A DNA stretch of 64,000 bases from an uncultured Oscillospiraceae bacterium (GTDB taxonomy: Bacteria > Bacillota > Clostridia > Christensenellales > CAG-314), in contig CAZFTO010000004.1 of NCBI GenBank assembly GCA_964521735.1, positions 8,566-72,565 of the forward strand. Direction: 5' to 3'. Within the stretch, counting starts at the first letter, position 1. Each line of letters opens with the position of its first letter. The position numbers were made by a program, and so were the translations under genes. A model generated the notes under the pieces. That model searched no databases. It saw only the letters and a program-made list of their open reading frames with translations, and had not been told where the DNA came from. Positions 58,123-64,000 of the stretch are shown in pieces.

Positions 58123-60246
58123 ATGGCAAATTTCAGAAAGATTGACGGACAGGTTGGCAATAGGCCTTACCACGTTTTCGAAACGGAAATTGGTGGCAGA
58201 ACAGTCCGCGTGCAAATCGGCAAATACGCCGAACAAGCTAACGGCTCTTGCATGGTTCAATGCGGAGAAACGGTGGTTATGACCAACGTTACGTTGGCAG
58301 ACAAACCCAGAGATGGAATTGACTTTTTCCCTTTGGGAGTAGACTTTGAAGAAAAAATGTATTCTGTCGGCAAAATCCCCGGCGGATTCAAAAAACGCGA
58401 AGGCAGAGCTAGCGACAAAGCTATTCTTACTTCCCGTCTTATCGACCGTCCTATTCGTCCTTTGTTCCCCAAAGGATTTTTGAACGACGTATCCGTTATT
58501 GCAACCGCAATGTCGGTAGAACCGGATATTCAACCGGAAGTTTACGCAATGATGGGCAGCTCGATCGCACTAACCGTTTCGGATATTCCTTTTGCAGGAC
58601 CTACCGGCAGCGTTGTGGTAGGCTACGTAGATGGCAAGTACGTTATCAACCCCACTCAAGAACAAAAAGAACGCAGTTTGCTAAACCTTAACTTGGCAGG
58701 CACCAAAGATGCCATCATGATGGTAGAAGCAGGCGCAAACGAAATTTCCGAAAAGGAAATGTTGGATGCAATTTTGTTCGGTCACGAAGCAATCAAAGAA
58801 CAATGCGAATTTATCGAATTTATTCGTGATAGCATTGGCAAACCCAAGGCAGAAATCGAATTGCACCTTCCCCATGCAGAATTCGAAGCAGAAGTGCGCG
58901 AATATGCAGACGAAATGTTGACGGAAGCTTTGAAAACTTTCGACAGATACGAACGTCAAGCTAACCAAGACGCCGTAGAAAAGAAAGTTTGCGAACACTT
59001 CGAACAAGTTCACCCCGAAGTTGTTGCAGAAGTTGGCGACATTTTGTACAAAATGACAAAAGAAAAGGTTCGCGCTCGCATTTTGAACGAAGGCATTCGT
59101 CCCGACGGAAGAGGCCTTACGGAAATTCGCCCCATTTGGTGCGAAGCAGGCATTTTGCCTCGCGTTCACGGCAGTGGCGTGTTCACTCGCGGAATGACAC
59201 AAGTTATCACTACCTGCACATTGGGAACCATTTCCGAAGTGCAAAAGTTGGAAAACTTGGATGGCAACGACACCTACAAGAGATACATGCACCAATACAA
59301 CATGCCCGGCTATTCCACAGGCGAAGCAAAACCCTTGCGCAGCCCCGGCAGACGTGAAATTGGTCACGGTGCACTTGCAGAACGTGCGTTGGAACCCGTT
59401 ATCCCCAGCGAAGAAGAATTCCCCTATGCAATCAGAACCGTTTCCGAAGTTGTTTCCAGTAACGGCAGCACTTCGCAAGCAAGCATTTGCGGCAGCACAC
59501 TTGCCCTTATGGATGCAGGTGTTCCCATCAAAGCACCCGTTGCAGGCATTGCTATGGGCTTGATGAAGTCGGAAGACGGCAGCAAAGTTGCTATTTTGTC
59601 GGATATTCAAGGTTTGGAAGACTTCCTTGGCGATATGGACTTCAAAGTTGCAGGTACCGCAAAAGGCATCACTGCAATTCAAATGGATATCAAAATTAAG
59701 GGAATTGACGAAAATATTTTGAGAACGGCTTTGGAACAAGCTCGTCAAGGCAGATTGTACATTTTGGATAAGATGTTGCAAGTTTTGCCCGAACCCAGAA
59801 AAGAACTTTCTCAATATGCTCCCAAAATCATTTCCTTCAATATCGATCCTGATAAGATTCGCGAAGTTATCGGTAGCGGCGGAAAGGTTATCAACAAGAT
59901 TATCGACGAAACCGGCGTTAAAATTGATATCACCGACGACGGCACAGTGTTCATTGCAACGGCAGATGCAGCAATGTCCGAAAAGGCAAAGAAAATGGTG
60001 CTTGCAATTGCAAAAGATCCCGAAGTTGGCGATGAATTTACCGGCCCCGTTGTTCGCATTTTGGATTTCGGCGCATTCGTAGAAATTGCTCCCGGCAAAG
60101 ACGGAATGATCCACATTTCCAAGCTTGCTAAGGAACGTGTTGAAAAGGTAACCGACGTTGTGAACGTTGGCGACACCGTAGTTGTCAAAGTTATCAAGAT
60201 TGACGAAAAGGGCAGAATCGACCTCAAGTTGGTTAAGAAACTGTAA
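58123..60246 (+). CDS. pnp: polyribonucleotide nucleotidyltransferase (PNPase)
   Basis: 707 aa with two RNase PH domains, then KH (IGSGGKVINKI) and S1 (GPVVRILDFGAFVEI). Confidence 0.97.
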   Translation: MANFRKIDGQVGNRPYHVFETEIGGRTVRVQIGKYAEQANGSCMVQCGETVVMTNVTLADKPRDGIDFFPLGVDFEEKMYSVGKIPGGFKKREGRASDKAILTSRLIDRPIRPLFPKGFLNDVSVIATAMSVEPDIQPEVYAMMGSSIALTVSDIPFAGPTGSVVVGYVDGKYVINPTQEQKERSLLNLNLAGTKDAIMMVEAGANEISEKEMLDAILFGHEAIKEQCEFIEFIRDSIGKPKAEIELHLPHAEFEAEVREYADEMLTEALKTFDRYERQANQDAVEKKVCEHFEQVHPEVVAEVGDILYKMTKEKVRARILNEGIRPDGRGLTEIRPIWCEAGILPRVHGSGVFTRGMTQVITTCTLGTISEVQKLENLDGNDTYKRYMHQYNMPGYSTGEAKPLRSPGRREIGHGALAERALEPVIPSEEEFPYAIRTVSEVVSSNGSTSQASICGSTLALMDAGVPIKAPVAGIAMGLMKSEDGSKVAILSDIQGLEDFLGDMDFKVAGTAKGITAIQMDIKIKGIDENILRTALEQARQGRLYILDKMLQVLPEPRKELSQYAPKIISFNIDPDKIREVIGSGGKVINKIIDETGVKIDITDDGTVFIATADAAMSEKAKKMVLAIAKDPEVGDEFTGPVVRILDFGAFVEIAPGKDGMIHISKLAKERVEKVTDVVNVGDTVVVKVIKIDEKGRIDLKLVKKL

Positions 60247-60262
60247 TCATTGCTAAGCAAAA

Positions 60263-60291
60263 AGCCTCGACTGTTGTCGAGGCTTTTTTTC
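60263..60291 (+). terminator. intrinsic terminator after pnp
   Basis: agcctcgac-tgtt-gtcgaggct is a perfect 9 bp stem followed by ttttttt. Confidence 0.8.
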
Positions 60292-60611
60292 TGCAAATTT
60301 TTGTTGAAAAGGCACCGCATGGCGGTGTTTTGTGAAATATGCAAGGGCTTTTGTGTTTTTTATAACTTGTTTTACCCAATATGCAATCTAATTTTAGGGC
60401 AAGCAAAGGGCTTTTATAATGCCGTTCGTTCGTGGTGCAATGTCTGTTTGGGCGGCAATTAAGCTTGTTGCAACGCTTGTAGTGGTGGCAGTTTGTGCGC
60501 TGCTGTTATGTTTTTTTTTGCAACTCACAAACATTTCACTTTTTTGTTTATTGCCAGGTTGCAATTCTCGGCTCAAAATGCGTCATTTGCCCAAATTTGG
60601 CGATACGTTAT

Positions 60612-60653
60612 CAAAAAAATGCGTCCGCTTCGTCAAAAACGGTGCGGACGCAT
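60612..60653 (-). terminator. intrinsic terminator of the minus-strand PAP2 gene
   Basis: On the minus strand, atgcgtccgc ... gcggacgcat forms a 10 bp stem followed by ttttttt. Confidence 0.7.
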
Positions 60654-60676
60654 CAATTATTTCGGTTGCTATGTTT

Positions 60677-61726
60677 CTAGTTTTCGGTTGCTTCTGCAAC
60701 GGTGGTAGTCGTTTCGTCTTCGACAACTTCAACAACGTCTTGTTTAAGCCAGCCAATTTTTTTCCACAATTTTTCCGTTTGTGCAAACAACAAGGGATAA
60801 ACGCCCAGCAGTGCAAACACAACCACGGCATATCTAAGCACGCGGAAAATGTGCTCAAACCAAACGTGATTGCCGTCTTCGAACCATCTAACCATTTCGC
60901 CGTCAACCAGCACTTTTTCGCCGAAGATTCCCACAAACTCTTTAAGTCCAGAGTTCAACCCAAGGAACAGTGCGCCGCCCACGCCAACGCGCAAAACAAT
61001 GCGCCACCAAACTTTTGTGTTTTCAAACTTTACTATTTTTTCTTCAAACAACATTCCGCAAGCAAAACCAAGCGCAATGCCGTAAGCGGTGAAAAAGTCG
61101 TTTGTAGTGCAGTAGAAAAATCCTGCCAATCCAACAATCAGCACGCCGCCGTAGATATAGTACTTGCTAGGTGCAATTTTCAACAGCCAATCCATAAGGA
61201 AAATTACGCCAACGCCCAATGCTAGGCCTGCAATAACGTCGGTGGGATAGTGCGCCCCAAGGTAGTTGCGCGAAAGTGCCACCAAAACTGGAATGATAAT
61301 GCAAACCGCCCAAAGCCATTTCTTCTTTTTGTCCTTATAGGCAAACGCCGTTCCCAATATCACAGAAGCCGAACCGGACGAGTGTCCGCTGGGGAAAGAG
61401 TATCCATCCACGTCACGCAGGTTTTGCACGCTTTCGTGCGCATCGAAGGGCCGTGTTCGGCAAGCAATGTTCTTAATCATCGGGTTAAGCAACGTGGTTG
61501 TCAACATAAATATTCCAATTCTTTCGCCACGTTTTTTATCTAGACCCCAATACACAAAGCCCATAACGCCAACCAAAATCGTTTCTTCACCGAACATGGA
61601 AATGAAGTTCATCAGGTAGTATAAAAAGCTGCCTTTGCCGCCCAGGCTTTGCAACCACAATATGTAGGGAATTTCAAAGGGCAATTCCCATGTGGAGCCT
61701 ATGGCCGCGCCAATTATTCCAAGCAT
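60677..61726 (-). CDS. PAP2-family phosphatase fused to an additional C-terminal membrane domain
   Basis: KNIACRTRP, SFPSGHS and SRNYLGAHYPTDV match the PAP2 motifs KxxxxxxRP, PSGH and SRx5Hx3D. 349 aa, polytopic, with an AAGGAGG RBS. Confidence 0.85.
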   Translation of the reverse strand: MLGIIGAAIGSTWELPFEIPYILWLQSLGGKGSFLYYLMNFISMFGEETILVGVMGFVYWGLDKKRGERIGIFMLTTTLLNPMIKNIACRTRPFDAHESVQNLRDVDGYSFPSGHSSGSASVILGTAFAYKDKKKKWLWAVCIIIPVLVALSRNYLGAHYPTDVIAGLALGVGVIFLMDWLLKIAPSKYYIYGGVLIVGLAGFFYCTTNDFFTAYGIALGFACGMLFEEKIVKFENTKVWWRIVLRVGVGGALFLGLNSGLKEFVGIFGEKVLVDGEMVRWFEDGNHVWFEHIFRVLRYAVVVFALLGVYPLLFAQTEKLWKKIGWLKQDVVEVVEDETTTTVAEATEN

Positions 61727-61749
61727 AATTTTCCTCCTTTGTTTTTAAC

Positions 61750-61778
61750 ATTTTACCATGCCAAACAAAATTTTTCAA
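61750..61778 (-). promoter_or_regulatory. sigma-A promoter of the PAP2 gene (minus strand)
   Basis: Read on the minus strand: TTGAAA, a 17 nt spacer, then TGgTAAAAT. Confidence 0.5.
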
Positions 61779-62201
61779 CACTATATCTAAAATTGCTTGC
61801 ATAAAGTCATTTTTCTTGTTTGACAAAACAAAGTTTTTGCACATCAAAAAGAGGAAAAAGCTCAAATTTAAGTCGCCAGTCAGGGATGTTGTTCATCGTT
61901 TGTTTTATTATTTATGCAGCTAGACTTTGATCAATCAAAACTTAATGCTGCTTATGCCTTATCACAAGGAACACAAAAATATCCAAACGCTATGTGCGTG
62001 CTTCCAAAATTGCGTAAAACCTTTTTTCTTTCAAGCTTTTTCAAATTGCATCATGCAAAAAACAAAAACTTTCGTTTTGCTGTTTTTCGGCATTTTATTC
62101 ACCAAAACATCTAAAACAAATCTGCGGAAAGCAAAGTCATTTTAGCATCCAAAACCATTTGTTTGGCAAAGCCATTGCTTGCCGTCCTTGCAAAAGCGGT
62201 G

Positions 62202-62226
62202 CACGGCAACAAAAAAGGCTTCCCTG
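62202..62226 (-). terminator. intrinsic terminator of rpmB (minus strand)
   Basis: ggcttccc / gggaagcc stem with a T-run on the minus strand. Confidence 0.75.
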
Positions 62227-62250
62227 TGGGAAGCCGATAATTGCGAACTA

Positions 62251-62436
62251 CTAGTCCTCTTTGTTTGCCGTTCTTATGCAACGAGTGCAAACATATTCAG
62301 TGGATTCTTTTCCGTTGATTTCCACCTTAACTTTTTTGAGGTTGGCGCTGTAGGTTTTGGGAGTCTTTCTGTTAGAGTGGCTCACAAGGTTACCAGACAT
62401 TTTGCCTTTACCGCAAATTGCACATACTTTTGACAT
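62251..62436 (-). CDS. rpmB: 50S ribosomal protein L28
   Basis: MSKVCAICGKGKMSGNLVSHSNRKTPKTYSANL. The ATG at 62436 follows a GGAGGTG RBS. Confidence 0.95.
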   Translation of the reverse strand: MSKVCAICGKGKMSGNLVSHSNRKTPKTYSANLKKVKVEINGKESTEYVCTRCIRTANKED

Positions 62437-62594
62437 ATTTACACCTCCGTGCAAGTAGAATAGTTTAATTTAATCATGCTTATAGATAATATCATTTTTT
62501 AATAAATTTGGCAAGCAAAATACAACAAAAAAAAGTATTAGGTCAAATTTTGTGTATTTTTTCGCGTTTCGACGATTTTTGAGGGAAAATATAC

Positions 62595-62623
62595 TTGAAA
62601 TATTTCTTGTATTGTTGTAAAAT
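62595..62623 (+). promoter_or_regulatory. sigma-A promoter of the asp23-yloV operon
   Basis: TTGAAA, a 17 nt spacer, then TAAAAT. Confidence 0.5.
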
Positions 62624-62649
62624 ATAACGGAAAGGGAGGTGAAATTCCA

Positions 62650-63000
62650 ATGGCATTGCGCACAAATAATTCTTACGGAACTATTACCGTATCCGATGAC
62701 GTTATTGCATCTTTGGCAGGACACTTGGCTTTGGAGTGTTACGGCGTTGTGGAAATGGTGCCTTTTGGTTTTTCCGATTCCCTCACGGATCTTTTCAAAC
62801 GCAATGGTACCAGCCGTGGTGTGCGAGTTGCAACCAAGGGCGACAGAATTTTTATCGACTTGTTCGTAAAGTTCAAATACGGTTTGCCAATTTCGGCTAC
62901 TAGCGAAAGTTTGAAACGTACCGTGAAATACGGTTTAGAGCACTTCACCGGCATGATTGTCGATTCCATCGACGTGCACGTGGTGGGCGTAAAACTGTAA
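62650..63000 (+). CDS. Asp23/Gls24-family protein (YloU-like)
   Basis: GTITVSDDVIASLAGHLALECYGVV and IDVHVVGV, divergent from rpmB as in Bacillus. Confidence 0.9.
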   Translation: MALRTNNSYGTITVSDDVIASLAGHLALECYGVVEMVPFGFSDSLTDLFKRNGTSRGVRVATKGDRIFIDLFVKFKYGLPISATSESLKRTVKYGLEHFTGMIVDSIDVHVVGVKL

Positions 63001-63036
63001 CCATTTTTACAATCGCTAAATTCCGAGGAGAGCATA

Positions 63037-64000
63037 ATGTCTTCTGCATATTCAAATACAACGCATATAACGGCATCCGTTATGAAAAGAATGTTTATTT
63101 CCGGCGGCAAAATGTTGGAAGTAAACAAATCACAAGTGGACGCGTTGAACGTGTTCCCTGTTCCCGATGGTGATACCGGTACGAACATGTCCCTCACAAT
63201 GATGTCGGCAGTTCGCGAAATAAATTCACTCACAAGCACCAGCATGGCAGAATTTGCCGATAGACTTTCTAAGGGCGCATTGAAGGGCGCACGCGGAAAT
63301 TCCGGCGTTATTTTGTCGCAAATTCTAAAAGGTTTTGCCAACGTCATTTCTTCTTGCGAAGAAGTTGACGCCCGTCAGTTTGCAAAGGGCCTCCGCGCGG
63401 GGGCAACCCTTGCCTACAGTGCTGTTTCCAAACCCAAAGAAGGCACAATTTTGACGGTTATTCGTTGCATGGCCGAAGAAGCCGTGGACGTGGCCAAACG
63501 CACCAACAGCATCGAAAAACTTATGAACGCCGTTTTGGAAAAAGGCGAAGAAACGCTTGCTCAAACGCCCGACATGTTGGACGTTTTGAAGAAGGCCGGT
63601 GTTGTGGATAGCGGCGGATTTGGCCTTATCACGCTGTTCAAGGGCCTTATCATGGGCTATTTGGATCGTGAAATTACCGGCGCCGAAGAATACGAGCTTG
63701 TGGAAACCAAGCAAAAGAAAGCCACCGATTCCGATTTCCCCGACGATTCCGAACTGTTTGTAGACTACGAATCTTTGGGTGAACTGGATTTTGGCTACTG
63801 CACGGAGTTTTTCATTATCAACATCAAAAAGCGCACAACCGTCACAGATATTGACAAGTTGCGCGATTATTTGAACGAAATTGGCAACTCTGTTATCTGC
63901 ATTGGCGATTTAAGCTTGATAAAAGTGCACGTTCACACCAACAACCCCGGCAAGGCGCTTTCCAAGGCGTTAACTTTGGGCGAATTGGATAAGGTAAAAA
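63037..64000 (+). CDS. yloV: DAK2 domain-containing protein YloV, N-terminal part; the 3' end lies outside the window
   Basis: The ATG at 63037 follows GAGGAG. ALNVFPVPDGDTGTNM and KGARGNSGVILSQ. The frame stays open to the end of the window, so the gene is absent from the supplied ORF track. Confidence 0.9.
   Translation, partial: MSSAYSNTTHITASVMKRMFISGGKMLEVNKSQVDALNVFPVPDGDTGTNMSLTMMSAVREINSLTSTSMAEFADRLSKGALKGARGNSGVILSQILKGFANVISSCEEVDARQFAKGLRAGATLAYSAVSKPKEGTILTVIRCMAEEAVDVAKRTNSIEKLMNAVLEKGEETLAQTPDMLDVLKKAGVVDSGGFGLITLFKGLIMGYLDREITGAEEYELVETKQKKATDSDFPDDSELFVDYESLGELDFGYCTEFFIINIKKRTTVTDIDKLRDYLNEIGNSVICIGDLSLIKVHVHTNNPGKALSKALTLGELDKVK

Noticed and set aside
58681-60114. A 477-aa ORF on the minus strand, opposite pnp. 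Similar long antisense ORFs occur at 20010-20903 (opposite infB), 22818-23690 (opposite nrnA), 43506-44393 (opposite spoIVB), 45291-45875 (opposite deoB), 56906-57568 (opposite ispH-S1) and 60419-61225 (+ strand, opposite PAP2).
   Set aside because: Each lies fully opposite a gene with unmistakable family motifs. Their translations are Phe/Asn/Cys/Val-rich low-complexity strings without recognisable motifs or RBS. They are shadow frames of strongly codon-biased genes.
1-64000. A search for CRISPR arrays, transposases or integrases, prophage genes, toxin-antitoxin pairs, and tRNA or rRNA genes.
   Set aside because: No regularly spaced direct repeats, no recombinase-like ORFs, no cloverleaf-like intergenic sequences and no rRNA signatures were seen. 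The whole window is conserved housekeeping and sporulation synteny.

Overview
The window is a syntenic core-genome segment of an endospore-forming Bacillota (Clostridia-like) chromosome. About 60 credible CDS are present. All are on the + strand except a PAP2 phosphatase gene and rpmB. The gene order follows well-known Bacillus/Clostridium blocks. (1) trmFO-hslVU, then an RseC-like gene, trxA and iscR-nifS-nifU. (2) ruvX-DUF1292, then rpsB-tsf-pyrH-frr-uppS-cdsA-dxr-rseP-ispG. (3) A PolC-like gene, then rimP-nusA-ylxR-ylxQ-infB-rbfA-nrnA-truB-ribF. (4) An endonuclease IV-like gene, pepP and efp, then the complete spoIIIAA-AH operon. (5) asp23-nusB-folD-xseA-xseB-ispA, a large non-coding RNA, a membrane protein, argR-recN, a flavoprotein and spoIVB. 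(6) deoB, dacB, an M50 protease, scpA-scpB, ytfI/ytfJ, a dacF-like gene, rluB, surE, plsC, an ispH::S1 fusion, rpsO and pnp. (7) PAP2 and rpmB on the minus strand, then asp23 and the DAK2 gene yloV (truncated at the window end). I saw no rRNA, tRNA, CRISPR array, transposase, integrase or prophage signature. I did not find a convincing new multi-gene system. Two loci deserve follow-up. The first is a roughly 0.7 kb ORF-free, promoter- and terminator-bounded structured RNA between ispA and a multi-pass membrane protein; its context matches the published OLE RNA/OapA locus. The second is a 546-aa protein at the conserved polC position that keeps the PolC N-terminal/OB architecture and a DnaQ-like fold but has lost the exonuclease catalytic residues and the whole polymerase part. 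Lesser items are a DUF1292 protein with Cys/His/Asp/Glu-rich tails, a terminator/antiterminator leader before rimP-nusA, a long leader before an inserted GGR-like flavoprotein, a PASTA-like mini-ORF coupled to uppS, and several unexplained 0.4-0.6 kb gene-free gaps. All protein calls rest on motifs read from the supplied translations plus synteny. No database search was run.
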